IMG/VR virus record: IMGVR_UViG_3300042375_000643
Location: 1-52,817 of that record
DNA from: a virus
Taxonomy: Duplodnaviria; Caudoviricetes
Length of the DNA stretch: 52,817 nt
Reading direction: 5' to 3' (one strand)
The notes under the pieces are model-generated. The model had not been told where the DNA came from and did not search any database. It was given only the letters and a program-made list of their open reading frames with translations. Positions 1 through 10,706 of the stretch are shown here, piece after piece; the first letter of the stretch is position 1; the number at the start of each line of letters is the position of its first letter. The position numbers were made by a program, and so were the translations under genes.

Positions 1-1405
1 CAAATATATCATTACCCTTAAAATCTGTTTTAATTTGGTTACTCCAAAAATTACCTTGAATGTCATTTCCTTTAAAGTTATTCATTATTTGATTGTTCTC
101 AAAAAGAAGACCTGAATTATTAACATCCCCAATTGTGTTTAGATTGAAACCATTTAATATTGAATTTTTTCTAAACTCAAAATATATGGTATTAGTATTA
201 AAATTATCTCCTATATTATTAGATGAGAAAACATTACCTGTTGTATTACTTAGAAAATAATTTTTTATTTGATTGTTTAAAAAATTATCTGCTATTGAAT
301 TTGTTTGAAAATTATCTCCTATTACGTTATTAGTAAAACTATTTCCAATAGCAACATTTAAACTAAAATTATTACCTATTTGATTATCTAAAAAGTTTGT
401 ACCAATTATAATGCTTGGATTTGTAAAATCATACCCAATTCTATTTTTAACAAATCCATCAGATGTTGTATTTTCTCTAAATCCACTTAAAATTTCGTTT
501 CCTTGAAATTGTGAACCTATTACATTTAATCTAAATCCGTTAAAAATAGAGTTATTATAAAACTGACTACCTATTACATTTAAACTAAAATTATTATTCA
601 TTACATTGTTATAAGCATCTCCTTGTATTACATTATCGTGACATAAATCTCCAAACTTATTTTCGTAAACTAATGAGCCTATTGTATTATTATAAAAATC
701 TGCTCCTGTTGTATTGTCCCAACAATCATCATCAAATATATTATTTGATAAAATAAAACCTGTATTGTTTAAATCTAAGGTGGTATAAAAGTTCCCTATT
801 TTATTAGAATAACAACCTGTTCCAAAAGTTGGAATATCATCAATGTAAGGATTCCCATTATCTTTAATTACTGTATAAATACCACTTGAAAGTGATGTTT
901 CGTATCGTTTAAATACCACTTGTCTATGGTCATAATCTGTTCTGTTATTAAACTCGTCAATTCTTTCAGTAATTCTACCTTTAGCAGGATTATCTGTAAC
1001 TTCAGTTGCATTCCAAGTAATATCATAAGAGATTTTATCTTGTGGATATAGTGTTGAATAAACTGTAGGGGAGAATCCTGTTGTTGAAATTGCCAACAAT
1101 AATATAGGTTCTGTTGTTCCTGTCTTATAATTACCGATAGTTATTGGGGCACCATTAACATCATAGTTTGGTTGGTCGTAACACGTTTGGAAGTCAGTCA
1201 TTAAATAATAACTTCCTGCGGTTAGTGTTTCACCTGTGGCGAATGAATATAACTCATCGTAAGTTCCTTCGTTATAGTTTGAATTAGTGAATGCCGAATA
1301 TGCTATATGGTATGTATCACCGCTCAATTCTACAGGAAATAATGTATCCGTTGTTACTCCCGAAAGATATGTTAGTTGTCCAATTGTTTTACCTGTTAAT
1401 GACAT
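1..1405 (-). CDS. Putative tail fibre/beta-helix repeat protein (partial, runs off window start)
   Basis: Not in the ORF track. Manual translation from ATG at 1405 gives MSLTGKTIGQLTYLSGVTT...KGRITERIDEFNNRTDYDHRQVVFKRY, then a 9-aa period (DNTTGADFY/NNTIGSLVY/LNVIGSQFY/GNEILSGFR). Frame is open to base 1 and TATTTAT lies upstream. Confidence 0.75.
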   Translation of the reverse strand, partial: MSLTGKTIGQLTYLSGVTTDTLFPVELSGDTYHIAYSAFTNSNYNEGTYDELYSFATGETLTAGSYYLMTDFQTCYDQPNYDVNGAPITIGNYKTGTTEPILLLAISTTGFSPTVYSTLYPQDKISYDITWNATEVTDNPAKGRITERIDEFNNRTDYDHRQVVFKRYETSLSSGIYTVIKDNGNPYIDDIPTFGTGCYSNKIGNFYTTLDLNNTGFILSNNIFDDDCWDNTTGADFYNNTIGSLVYENKFGDLCHDNVIQGDAYNNVMNNNFSLNVIGSQFYNNSIFNGFRLNVIGSQFQGNEILSGFRENTTSDGFVKNRIGYDFTNPSIIIGTNFLDNQIGNNFSLNVAIGNSFTNNVIGDNFQTNSIADNFLNNQIKNYFLSNTTGNVFSSNNIGDNFNTNTIYFEFRKNSILNGFNLNTIGDVNNSGLLFENNQIMNNFKGNDIQGNFWSNQIKTDFKGNDIF

Positions 1406-1422
1406 AATTTGTTTTTTATTTT

Positions 1423-1429
1423 ATAAATA
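1423..1429 (-). promoter_or_regulatory. TATTTAT putative late promoter
   Basis: Motif just upstream of the ATG at 1405, in the gene's orientation. Confidence 0.55.
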
Positions 1430-1452
1430 GTTTAATTTTTTAAGATGGATTA

Positions 1453-2442
1453 TCAATACTCTAAATATTCATTATTCCCAACACTTATATATTCATCATT
1501 ACCGATTAAAATTGGGTTAATTAAAATGTCAATTGGTGTTGAAGGTGTAGGAGTTGGTGTAGGAGTACTTGTAAATGTTGGTGTAGGGGTACTTGTAAAT
1601 GTAGGTGTTGGCGTTGGCGTAGGAATAAAAGGAATAACAATAATTTCATATGTACTTCCAACCGGAGTTCCTGATAATTGACTAAAAAACGGCTCTCCTG
1701 TGTAGTTGTTATAATCTTCATTTATTGTAACAATAGTTTGTCCTGATAAACTTCCCAAACTAACCGTAACACCTGTAAATATTGTAATTGGAGAACCACT
1801 ATAAACATTTAGAACATTTTCAAAAGTAACATTTATTTCTTCACTATGTGGACGGTTTAATACTAATGTATAATACGAGATTATTGAACCCGGTTCATAT
1901 TCAACAAAAAGTTCTAAATTTAATGGTTCTAATGTTGGTGTTGGGGTTGGAGTTGATGTTAGTGTCACGGTAGGGGTTAAAGTAATTGTTGGAGTAACAG
2001 TATTTGTTGGAGTAATTGACGGTGTTGGTGCTTTACAAGGGTCAAACGTAGGTGTTGGTGTTCTTGTTGGGGTAACCGTTAGTGTTGGTGTTTGAGTTTT
2101 TGTAACAGTTGGTGTTGGTGTCGGTACTTTACAAGGGTCAAATGTTGGTGTAGGTGTCATTGTTGGAGTAACTGTTGGTGTTGCTGTTCTTGTTATTGTC
2201 GGTGTCGGTGTCGGTGTCGGTGTAGGTTCAGGTACATTCATTATTATAGGACAATCTGACCCTTCAACTAAAATAGTATAAGTTCCGTATACGTTACGAG
2301 GAGGAGATAATAATGTAGGGTCAAACTCATAAGGTAGAATTTGATTACCTAAATTAATCACCACATTAACTTTTGACGGTTTAAATATGATATTTGCTGT
2401 CTCACCAATATGACTTACACTTTGTATTATTATTGAACTCAT
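1453..2442 (-). CDS. Pro/Thr-repeat modular virion protein
   Basis: N-terminal INLGxxxLPY..YGTY module, long (PT)n tracts and a ~105-aa beta-rich module shared with 39068..41890. Confidence 0.8.
   Translation of the reverse strand: MSSIIIQSVSHIGETANIIFKPSKVNVVINLGNQILPYEFDPTLLSPPRNVYGTYTILVEGSDCPIIMNVPEPTPTPTPTPTITRTATPTVTPTMTPTPTFDPCKVPTPTPTVTKTQTPTLTVTPTRTPTPTFDPCKAPTPSITPTNTVTPTITLTPTVTLTSTPTPTPTLEPLNLELFVEYEPGSIISYYTLVLNRPHSEEINVTFENVLNVYSGSPITIFTGVTVSLGSLSGQTIVTINEDYNNYTGEPFFSQLSGTPVGSTYEIIVIPFIPTPTPTPTFTSTPTPTFTSTPTPTPTPSTPIDILINPILIGNDEYISVGNNEYLEY
1619..1932. repeat. 314-bp dispersed direct repeat, copy A (copy B at 41385..41698)
   Basis: Gapless manual alignment, about 41 mismatches in 314 bp. 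Confidence 0.9.
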
Positions 2443-2445
2443 CTT

Positions 2446-5367
2446 TTAAAAATTATTTTCAACGGCCAAACATATTTCACCTCGTTCATTTATTAATCTT
2501 GTCATATCTGTAAATGAGATAAATGCGTGACCCGATTTACCCCAAGATTGGCCCCAACTATTCTTTATTCTAAATAATCTATTAACTGTATCAACACCAT
2601 TTATCACATAGGCGTGACCACCAGCCAATGAACCTCCAATACTAATCACTCCATTTGAATTTGGGTAAAACATATTACGATACCAATTAGTACCAACAAC
2701 TACCGGCCCAATTTGTAATAATGTATTTATTAATGTTTGAACATCGTAACCCCAATAATAATTACCAATTTTACGAGTTGTGTTTAAATATTTAGCACCA
2801 CCCCTAACCGAAGTTCCTGCGTAATTCTCACCAGGCCATTGGTCAACTTTTTGAGCTTCTTTATATATTGTTGTCGGATTTACCGGTGGTTGAACACCTA
2901 AATGAACTATAGGTCCGTCAGCAATCCAATGTGCCCAAGCATATCCTACACATTGAGGAGTATTTCCTTGATTTCCCCACCAAACATTAGCATCCCAATA
3001 TCTACTTGTTAATCCAACAATTGTTGGCGTAGGTGTTGGGGTTGGTAAAATACTTCTTGTTTTTGTCGGTGTAATTGTCGGGGTAGGTGTCGGGGTAATA
3101 TTTATTGTTTTTGTTGGTGTTGGAGTAGGTGTTGGTACAAGACTTCTTGTTTTTGTAGGTGTAGGTGTTTTTGTTGGTAAGGGTCGTCTTACAACTCTAG
3201 TTACACTTTTAATTAATTCAAAATGGTCTTTAATTAAATAATTATTATCTCTCTCATCCGGAATATAAATCCTACCTAAATCAAATGGAGGTAGTTCTTC
3301 CGGTGTTGTTATTACATATGTAAAATCATTAACCGGACATACTTCTCCACAATCGGGACAATCTGGATTAAACATATTAAACGTATCTTTTAATAAATTA
3401 AAATTATGTTTAACTTCATCCGCAGATAATGGTTCAACATACATTCTAAATTGAGATATCCCCCCATCAAATGAACCCGCAAAATTTTGTTCCAATAATA
3501 TATCAGTAGTTAACCCGCTAAATGTTGTTCCAACTAAATCATTTGTTGGTAAACACTCAGGGTCTTGAATATAAGTCGTCCCTGTTGTAGATGAGAATGT
3601 CAAATTCTCTCTTAAACCTTGAGTCCCACCACCCCACGAAATATTATAAGGTACCCCAACTTGTTTTTCCTTATCAGTACTTAAAGCTCTTGGAATTATT
3701 TCCTCAAAATCCTCAATAGTATAAAATATCCTACCATTGATGTAGATTTTTAATCTACCTTTTCTATAATCTTTATCAATTAACCATTTTTCATTAAGAT
3801 TAACTAATTGTATTTTTTCTGGGTCTTTACCACAATCTTGTGTATAAGGTACCGTAATTAACGACACGGAATTATCGGCTAAACCATCTAATAATTTTTC
3901 CTCACTAATATCTCCAATACCACCTCTATACCATAAATCACAACTATCTAACCAAGTATATCTTTCCCAAACGGCAGTAATGTGAAACCAATGTTCCAAA
4001 TCTAAATACGATGGGTTATGTTGTAAACAATATGGGTAAATCGGTGGTGAACAATAGTTGTCTATTGTATATCCTGTTGTGTAAGTAATACCTGTTGTCG
4101 AACAAGTTCCACTAGTTTCACAACCTCCAGTAAATCTTAATACTCTTACACCTATTTGAGGATTATTTGGACTACCACATAATTTGAAAGCCAATGCGTT
4201 TGACATTGAATCAAATAATGGGTCGATTTCACAAGTATTTTCAACAGAACCAGGGTTTAAATTACAATCAATACAAGGATTACAATCGTTACAAGTTGTA
4301 CATATTAAACAAGTACATCCCGGTGTACAAGCACTGATTGTTTCACAATTTGATGGTGATGGTACCGGAGTAGGTGTTGGTGTCGGAGTAGGACTTGGGA
4401 TTGGACAATCGTGTGATTTATATTCCCACCCACAAGTAATACAACCGTCACAATCTGATTTGGTCGGTCTTGGAGGATAAACATATATACATCTACTATT
4501 TACTACCGAATTATCACAACAAGCACAAGTCGTTAAACCTGTAACTTCAGATGTAACTCTTGTATAACCTGTTAGACATCTTGGATGCCCGTCAGCATAA
4601 TGATAAAATTTATTTTCAGCACGAGCCCCAAAATAAAAAAACATATCTTTATTGTTTGGGTAAATTTCATTTAAAGTTGTTTCCCCACTGCTCGGTGAAT
4701 ATTCATTGAATAATCTTGGTTTTAATAACATTTCAACCGACCATCCTTTATTCATCCTTTCAGGGAATATATCATAGTCGTATCCAAATAATCTATAGAA
4801 TCCCTGATAGAATCCACCATATAATTCGTGGTATCTACCTACACTATCATTCTTACTAACAACCTCATATAATATAGTATCGTCAAATCCTGAGAATCTA
4901 ACATTAGAACTAGTATAACCTGTAACTTGGAATAATTTTAATCTTCTATCAAATGATAATCTATCAAATTTAGTATAGTCATTAATCCCATTAGTGAATG
5001 TTATTGATTGTCCTGTCATTGATTCAACCAATCCGTTGTCAATACCTGTTAGACCAATGTCACAAGATGTCCCTGCTGTTACACAACTTAAATCTATATT
5101 CTCGGGGTTATAATAATTTTTTGAAACAAAAATATTATTAAAGTCATATTCCTTATAATATAATGAAATTGGTTGTACCGATATTGAATCGTTAATATCA
5201 AAATTAATAGGTAATCTGTTACCATATGTTTCGGCAATTAAATAAGGTGAGAAAACCACTTCTTCTTTGTAGTTTCTTTCATCAGTAGATAACGTCATAT
5301 CACTAACGTCTAACGCTAATTTTACCCCCCAATTTGGTTTCGGAAATTGATTTATATTTTGACTCAC
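2446..5367 (-). CDS. Large virion protein: LamG/ConA-like region, Cys-rich insert, PT linker, C-terminal papain-like (C1) cysteine peptidase
   Basis: GTG start. [27 protein letters not shown] resemble Lam[16 protein letters not shown] and KNSWG supply the Q/C/H/N papain catalytic set. Confidence 0.75.
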   Translation of the reverse strand: MSQNINQFPKPNWGVKLALDVSDMTLSTDERNYKEEVVFSPYLIAETYGNRLPINFDINDSISVQPISLYYKEYDFNNIFVSKNYYNPENIDLSCVTAGTSCDIGLTGIDNGLVESMTGQSITFTNGINDYTKFDRLSFDRRLKLFQVTGYTSSNVRFSGFDDTILYEVVSKNDSVGRYHELYGGFYQGFYRLFGYDYDIFPERMNKGWSVEMLLKPRLFNEYSPSSGETTLNEIYPNNKDMFFYFGARAENKFYHYADGHPRCLTGYTRVTSEVTGLTTCACCDNSVVNSRCIYVYPPRPTKSDCDGCITCGWEYKSHDCPIPSPTPTPTPTPVPSPSNCETISACTPGCTCLICTTCNDCNPCIDCNLNPGSVENTCEIDPLFDSMSNALAFKLCGSPNNPQIGVRVLRFTGGCETSGTCSTTGITYTTGYTIDNYCSPPIYPYCLQHNPSYLDLEHWFHITAVWERYTWLDSCDLWYRGGIGDISEEKLLDGLADNSVSLITVPYTQDCGKDPEKIQLVNLNEKWLIDKDYRKGRLKIYINGRIFYTIEDFEEIIPRALSTDKEKQVGVPYNISWGGGTQGLRENLTFSSTTGTTYIQDPECLPTNDLVGTTFSGLTTDILLEQNFAGSFDGGISQFRMYVEPLSADEVKHNFNLLKDTFNMFNPDCPDCGEVCPVNDFTYVITTPEELPPFDLGRIYIPDERDNNYLIKDHFELIKSVTRVVRRPLPTKTPTPTKTRSLVPTPTPTPTKTINITPTPTPTITPTKTRSILPTPTPTPTIVGLTSRYWDANVWWGNQGNTPQCVGYAWAHWIADGPIVHLGVQPPVNPTTIYKEAQKVDQWPGENYAGTSVRGGAKYLNTTRKIGNYYWGYDVQTLINTLLQIGPVVVGTNWYRNMFYPNSNGVISIGGSLAGGHAYVINGVDTVNRLFRIKNSWGQSWGKSGHAFISFTDMTRLINERGEICLAVENNF

Positions 5368-5380
5368 AATCTTTTTTATG

Positions 5381-5387
5381 ATAAATA
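5381..5387 (-). promoter_or_regulatory. TATTTAT putative late promoter
   Basis: Upstream of the start at 5367; divergent pair with 5401. Confidence 0.55.
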
Positions 5388-5400
5388 GTCAGAAACGAAG

Positions 5401-5407
5401 TATTTAT
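5401..5407 (+). promoter_or_regulatory. TATTTAT putative late promoter
   Basis: Upstream of the ATG at 5423. Confidence 0.55.
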
Positions 5408-5422
5408 ATATAAAAAGTTGAT

Positions 5423-6259
5423 ATGATTAATTTTAATACCGAATATTTTGGAAACAATTGTTATTTCTATATTAAAGATAGAGGTAACAAAATATCCCTT
5501 TATTATAATGTGGCAGACACTTTAACAGAATCAAGAAAGTCTGACGATAAACTTGAGTTTGATAAAAAAGACGAAAAAAAAGTTAAAGGAGTGGTTTCCG
5601 CAGCATTAAAAACAAAATCAAAAGTAACAAAGAAAGGTTTGGATAAAAAACTTAAAGGTCTTAAATCCAAAGAAGAAATTGATGAACTAGTTGATGAAGA
5701 TGGTGGTTTATTAGGTTCAAGAATTCCGGATATTAACCACACACTATCACCTAGAAAAACTACTGACCAATATGTTGTTATGGCTAGAACTACAAACGAC
5801 CCTGTTACAAGAGGTTATAGAGTCTATTATGGTGAAGGTAAAGAAAGTTCTGAAGAAGTTATTAATGAGATTGATTATTCTGAAGCCTTTGGTTATGAAG
5901 AAACAAAAGATATGGACTATAAAGACACTGTTAAAACTCTTGAAGAAATGGGTGTTGAAAATGCTGAGGAAAGAGCAGAAGAATTTGGCAAACTTCCAAA
6001 AGCAGAAGTTGAAGATGGTGAATTAAGACAAAGATTATCCGAAAAAGAAACATTAGAAGAACGTCAACATAGATTAATGAAAAAAATGGTCGAAGATATT
6101 TTAACCAAAAAACCTAAAACAGATTCTGATATAATTAAAAATACTGGTGTTAGTAAAATTTTAAAGAAAAACCTTAAAGCAATAAAAAATATTGCAGATA
6201 AAGAAGGTATTAGTATCAATATGTTAATAAAAGCTTTAAAATCATCCGACAATGAATAG
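5423..6259 (+). CDS. Hypothetical protein (K/E-rich)
   Basis: 278-aa ORF, first of a tightly coupled operon. Confidence 0.75.
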   Translation: MINFNTEYFGNNCYFYIKDRGNKISLYYNVADTLTESRKSDDKLEFDKKDEKKVKGVVSAALKTKSKVTKKGLDKKLKGLKSKEEIDELVDEDGGLLGSRIPDINHTLSPRKTTDQYVVMARTTNDPVTRGYRVYYGEGKESSEEVINEIDYSEAFGYEETKDMDYKDTVKTLEEMGVENAEERAEEFGKLPKAEVEDGELRQRLSEKETLEERQHRLMKKMVEDILTKKPKTDSDIIKNTGVSKILKKNLKAIKNIADKEGISINMLIKALKSSDNE

Positions 6260-6722
6260 TGATTTATACGGAAAAGTTTTTGATGTCCCTCAAGATGTTG
6301 TAGATTATCTACACCAATGTCATTCGGCAGCCGGAGACGTTGATGAAACAACTGAAGGATATAAAAGAAACAAAGATTTAAGAGAAAAGAAACAAGTCAC
6401 TTACCAACAACTTAAACGAATGAAGAATTGGTTTGATGAGTTCAGTGGTCACGAAGATGAAGTACCTCACATTTTAAATGGTGGACATTATGTAAAAAGT
6501 TGGGTTAACAATACTTTACAAGGTAAAAGAGATGATATTGAAACGTCAAACCAAACTAAATCAATTGTATTACCAAATCAACAAATAGATACTCACGATA
6601 AAAATGATGTAAGAACAATGAATAGACCAAGTAAAAGTCATAGTTCATCTGTTAATCAATATAATACCGATATTACAGAAAACTTAAAAAGAATAAACGA
6701 ACTAATAAAAAAAATATTATAA
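6252..6722 (+). CDS. Hypothetical protein
   Basis: 156-aa ORF overlapping the previous stop. Confidence 0.75.
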   Translation: MNSDLYGKVFDVPQDVVDYLHQCHSAAGDVDETTEGYKRNKDLREKKQVTYQQLKRMKNWFDEFSGHEDEVPHILNGGHYVKSWVNNTLQGKRDDIETSNQTKSIVLPNQQIDTHDKNDVRTMNRPSKSHSSSVNQYNTDITENLKRINELIKKIL

Positions 6723-6723
6723 T

Positions 6724-7020
6724 ATGGCAAATTTAGAACCTTTAGATTTCGCACAACCGGATAATAAATTATCCCAAATCGCAGCTGCTCAAAGAGCGTT
6801 ATTATTCCCAAAAAACGATTATAAAGACACTGCTAACGAATACTCAGCAGTTAACCCTGACGCTCTTGCAACTGGAGATGCTCAAGGTAAAGGTACAGGT
6901 GGGGACTTAGATACTAATAATGAAAGTGCCGGAGCAATCCAAGATATCCTTGAAAGAAAATCAGAACTTGTATTTAACCAATATAAATCAAATTCTCCAT
7001 ATACAACACCGAGTGCGTAA
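6724..7020 (+). CDS. Hypothetical protein (possible small virion protein)
   Basis: 98-aa ORF, coupled on both sides. Confidence 0.7.
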   Translation: MANLEPLDFAQPDNKLSQIAAAQRALLFPKNDYKDTANEYSAVNPDALATGDAQGKGTGGDLDTNNESAGAIQDILERKSELVFNQYKSNSPYTTPSA

Positions 7021-7439
7021 TGAAACTTTACAACACATTTAAATCTCTTATTTTAGAAGTAGCGTCTGTCGACTCAATTGTCAGCGCTATAAAAAATAAA
7101 GATAGAATTGTCGTATACTACGATGGTGATGAACCGGGTGGTCGTGGTTTAAGAACTATTGAACCAGTTTGTTTCGGATATTCTAAAGCCGGTAACCCTG
7201 TGTTACGAGCTTGGGATAATGAAGGAGCATCTCACACCGCTTACAAAGGTGAACAACCTTTACCAGGGTGGAGATTATTCAGAGCCGACAAAATCGCATC
7301 ATTCAAACCAACGGGTGAGAAATTTAACGAACCAAAACCGGGATATAATCCAAGAGGTGATAAAGGTATGACAAGAGTTATTATAAACGCAGTTTTTGGT
7401 CAACCAACAGAAGAACCGACAACTGAACCAATACAGTAA
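7020..7439 (+). CDS. Stand-alone WYL-domain protein
   Basis: RTIEPVCFG...VLRAWD...WRLFRADKI matches the WYL pattern (R.iEP, l.aw, wR.Fr.drI). Confidence 0.75.
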   Translation: MKLYNTFKSLILEVASVDSIVSAIKNKDRIVVYYDGDEPGGRGLRTIEPVCFGYSKAGNPVLRAWDNEGASHTAYKGEQPLPGWRLFRADKIASFKPTGEKFNEPKPGYNPRGDKGMTRVIINAVFGQPTEEPTTEPIQ

Positions 7440-7442
7440 AAT

Positions 7443-8060
7443 ATGAATAGTGAAGCTGATTTAATTCAAAAATTAATGATATCCAAACAAATAATGGATA
7501 AACACAATCAAACACCAAGAGGTAATATGCCATCAATGGACTCATATAGTTCACCTGAAGTAGAATCTTACGAACCGGTTGGGGCAAAATATAACATCCC
7601 ACAAGAATTCTTACAAGAATCTCAATCAAATGAACCATACTTATCATCAATTCCAAAAACTCCAACAATGCCACAAGCAATGACTAAAGATAGAGTTATG
7701 TCATCAAATCTTCCTGATGAAATCAAAAGATTAATGATTGAGCACCCAATTGAAGTTCCAAACTCAATGGGAGGGGGGGCAACATTATCTAATGACTTAG
7801 TCGAGAAAGCAGCAAGATTAATGAACACTGACGCTAGAGGTAATCAACCAAAACAAAGAGTTCAAGAACAATCTCAACCTCAACAATCAAACTTTAATAT
7901 GAAAGAATTAAAGTCTATGCTTCGTGAAGTTGTAGAGGAAGTCTTACAAGAAAACGGAATTTTATCAGAATCTGAACAAAAATCTAATGAAGTCTTTTCT
8001 TTTAAAGTTGGAAAACATATATTTGAAGGTAAGGTTACTAAGATAAAAAAAATCTCTTAA
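7443..8060 (+). CDS. Hypothetical protein
   Basis: 205-aa ORF followed by a terminator. Confidence 0.75.
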   Translation: MNSEADLIQKLMISKQIMDKHNQTPRGNMPSMDSYSSPEVESYEPVGAKYNIPQEFLQESQSNEPYLSSIPKTPTMPQAMTKDRVMSSNLPDEIKRLMIEHPIEVPNSMGGGATLSNDLVEKAARLMNTDARGNQPKQRVQEQSQPQQSNFNMKELKSMLREVVEEVLQENGILSESEQKSNEVFSFKVGKHIFEGKVTKIKKIS

Positions 8061-8080
8061 CTTTATTTACTCTCAAGATT

Positions 8081-8110
8081 AACCCTCATCTACCAAGTTG
8101 AGGGTTTTTT
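8081..8110 (+). terminator. Rho-independent terminator
   Basis: AACCCTCA-N10-TGAGGGTT followed by a T run. Confidence 0.7.
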
Positions 8111-8121
8111 ATTTTATATGG

Positions 8122-8154
8122 TTGATATTGTTTTTATTTCTTCTTATATTTTCG
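8122..8154 (+). promoter_or_regulatory. Possible Bacteroidota-type promoter for the GT operon
   Basis: TTG-N20-TATATTTT(CG), a one-mismatch TAnnTTTG element. Confidence 0.35.
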
Positions 8155-8170
8155 GATATAATTTAAGAAT

Positions 8171-9391
8171 ATGAAAGAAAAAATTAATGTATTAGTATTA
8201 CCCTCAGATAAAACAGGTGTTGGGAAATTTAGGTCTATTGACCCACACGTATTTTTACAAAACTTATATCCTGATGACTTCCACGTAGATATCGACTACG
8301 AACCTCAAATGAACAATATTGGATATTGGAAGAAATATCAGATAATCCACGCTCACAGAACTATTGGTAACGATTATGATAATTCGCCAAGGTTAATTGA
8401 ATGGTTAAAATCGTTAGGTATTGTTGTTATTATAGATTTGGACGATTATTGGTTACCAACCGTAGACCACCCAATTCACAGTATTATTGTTCAAAATAAA
8501 ATTGACGAGAAAATTAAAGCAAATTTAAAAGTTGCTTCATATGTTACAACAACCACCGATATATTTGCAAATGAAATAAGAAAGATAAATAAAAATGTCC
8601 TTGTTTTTCCAAACGCAATTAATCCAAAAGAACCACAATTTAATCAACCAACCCCACCATCTGATAAAATTAGAATAGGATGGTTAGGTGGGTCTTCTCA
8701 CCTACAAGATTTAAACCTGTTAGGAGGGTTTGTTCAAAAAAATCAAGACATTAACGATAAATTACAATATGTTATTTGTGGGTTTGATACTAGAGGAACA
8801 GTTACTGAAATCAACCCTCAAACTAAAGAACAAAAACAACGACCTATTTTGCCACACGAAACCGTTTGGGTAAAATATGAAGAAATCTTTACAAATAATT
8901 ATAAAACAACTGATGAGGAGTATAAGAAATTTTTATTAACTTATAAGGAAGAAGAATATAAATCAAATATTGAATTACCTTATTTAAGAGTTTGGACAAA
9001 ACCCGTTACAAGTTACGCTATGAATTATTCAAAGTTTGACATATCTTTAGCACCAATTAAAAATCACGTCTTTAATAGAATGAAATCTCAATTAAAAGTT
9101 ATTGAGGCGGGGTTTTATAAAAAGGCGTTAATCGCATCTGAGATTGGACCATATACTATTGATTTAGTACATTGTTTAAAAAATGGAGAGTTTAATGATA
9201 ATGGTAATGCTATTTTAATCCCTGAATCAAGAAATCATAGTGATTGGTCTAAATCAATTAAAAAATTAGTTCAAAATCCTGAAATGATTACAGAGTTAGG
9301 TGAAAGATTATATAACACAGTAAAAGACAAATACGACCTTAATAAGGTTACAGATGAAAGAGCCTCTTGGTACAAAAGTTTAATTAATTAA
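8171..9391 (+). CDS. Glycosyltransferase, GT-B fold (GT4-like)
   Basis: IDLDDYW, IGWLGGSSH, DISLAP..FNRMKSQLKVIEAG...IASEIGPY. Confidence 0.8.
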   Translation: MKEKINVLVLPSDKTGVGKFRSIDPHVFLQNLYPDDFHVDIDYEPQMNNIGYWKKYQIIHAHRTIGNDYDNSPRLIEWLKSLGIVVIIDLDDYWLPTVDHPIHSIIVQNKIDEKIKANLKVASYVTTTTDIFANEIRKINKNVLVFPNAINPKEPQFNQPTPPSDKIRIGWLGGSSHLQDLNLLGGFVQKNQDINDKLQYVICGFDTRGTVTEINPQTKEQKQRPILPHETVWVKYEEIFTNNYKTTDEEYKKFLLTYKEEEYKSNIELPYLRVWTKPVTSYAMNYSKFDISLAPIKNHVFNRMKSQLKVIEAGFYKKALIASEIGPYTIDLVHCLKNGEFNDNGNAILIPESRNHSDWSKSIKKLVQNPEMITELGERLYNTVKDKYDLNKVTDERASWYKSLIN

Positions 9392-9401
9392 AACATAACA
9401 A

Positions 9402-10103
9402 ATGATAAAAATACCTTTAACCAAAATATTGTTTCTTGATATAGAAACTGTTGGTGGTTGTAAAAACTATACAGAGTGTCAAGTAAGTAATCCAAATGTT
9501 GCAAAACAATTTGAGAAATATTTTGATTGGTTCCAAAAAAGATTTCCGGAAGATGCTGGATTCTCGGCCGATAAAGTTTTTGAAAAAAGAGCCGCGTTAG
9601 TTCCTGAGTTTGCAAAAATTGTTTGTGTAAGTGTTGCCTTTGTTATGGATAATGGTGAGATTAAAAAACAATCATTCTCAGGTGATGATGAAAAATCGTT
9701 ATTAAAAGAATGTCAAACATTACTTAATCGTTGTGGTAAATTAGATTTTTATCTATGTGGTCACAACCTTAAGAATTTTGATATTCCAATGTTGGCGAAA
9801 AGAATGATTATTAATGGATTAATGCCTCCAACATTATTACCATCATACGATACCAAGCCGTGGGAAATCAAAGCTATCGACACCAAAGAGATTTGGCAAT
9901 ACGGGGCATACACTGCAATTGGTTCATTGGACTTAATGTGTTCTTGTATGGACGTTCCGTCTCCAAAAGAGGGTGATGTTACCGGAGATAAAGTTCACGA
10001 CGCATATTGGAATAAAAATATGTTACCTGAAATCACAGCGTACTGCGAAAGAGATGTGTTAGTTTTGATTGATGTAATAAAAAAATTAAAAGAATTAGAA
10101 TAA
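9402..10103 (+). CDS. 3'-5' exonuclease (DEDDy, PolB-exo/RNase H-like)
   Basis: FLDIET (ExoI), GHNLKNFDIP (ExoII), YCERDV (ExoIII). Confidence 0.85.
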   Translation: MIKIPLTKILFLDIETVGGCKNYTECQVSNPNVAKQFEKYFDWFQKRFPEDAGFSADKVFEKRAALVPEFAKIVCVSVAFVMDNGEIKKQSFSGDDEKSLLKECQTLLNRCGKLDFYLCGHNLKNFDIPMLAKRMIINGLMPPTLLPSYDTKPWEIKAIDTKEIWQYGAYTAIGSLDLMCSCMDVPSPKEGDVTGDKVHDAYWNKNMLPEITAYCERDVLVLIDVIKKLKELE

Positions 10104-10705
10104 TGAGTGAGATTAATGATTTAAATGAGTTAAGAAATAGAATTCTTAAATTACAAGAGTCTCTTCAAACAGAATCGGAAGAAATGAATTATGAAGACAT
10201 TTTAAATGAAATGGATATTGACATAGTTCAACTTGAAAAAGATATGGTTGAGACACGTAGACTTCTACCTTTGGGGTTTAAAGTTTTACATCCTGATGCC
10301 ACATTACCTAAATATAATTATGGTAGTGATTCAGGATTTGATTTACATTCTGTAAATGAAATTGAAATACCTGCGTTTGGTAGAGCACTTGTACCAACAG
10401 GTTTATCATTTGACATTCAAGATGGATATGAGATACAAGTTAGAACTAAAAGTGGATTAGCCATCAATCAAGGTCTTATGGTCTTAAACTCACCGGGAAC
10501 TGTGGACAATGGTTATACAGGTGAAGTTAAAGCAATCATCTTTAATACTAACCCAACATCGGTAACAATACCAAAAGGTATGAAAGTAGGTCAAGCGGTT
10601 TTATGTCCGGTTGTGAATGGGGGTTGGGTTGATTTACAACAAACAAATAAAATAAACGAAAAAGAACGAGGTTCAAATGGGTTTGGAAGTACAGGGATTC
10701 AATAA
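10103..10705 (+). CDS. dut: Trimeric dUTPase with N-terminal helical extension
   Basis: SGFDL, RTKSGLA, GTVDNGYTGE, GQAV, RGSNGFGSTG (motifs 1-5). Confidence 0.92.
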   Translation: MSEINDLNELRNRILKLQESLQTESEEMNYEDILNEMDIDIVQLEKDMVETRRLLPLGFKVLHPDATLPKYNYGSDSGFDLHSVNEIEIPAFGRALVPTGLSFDIQDGYEIQVRTKSGLAINQGLMVLNSPGTVDNGYTGEVKAIIFNTNPTSVTIPKGMKVGQAVLCPVVNGGWVDLQQTNKINEKERGSNGFGSTGIQ

Positions 10706-10706
10706 T

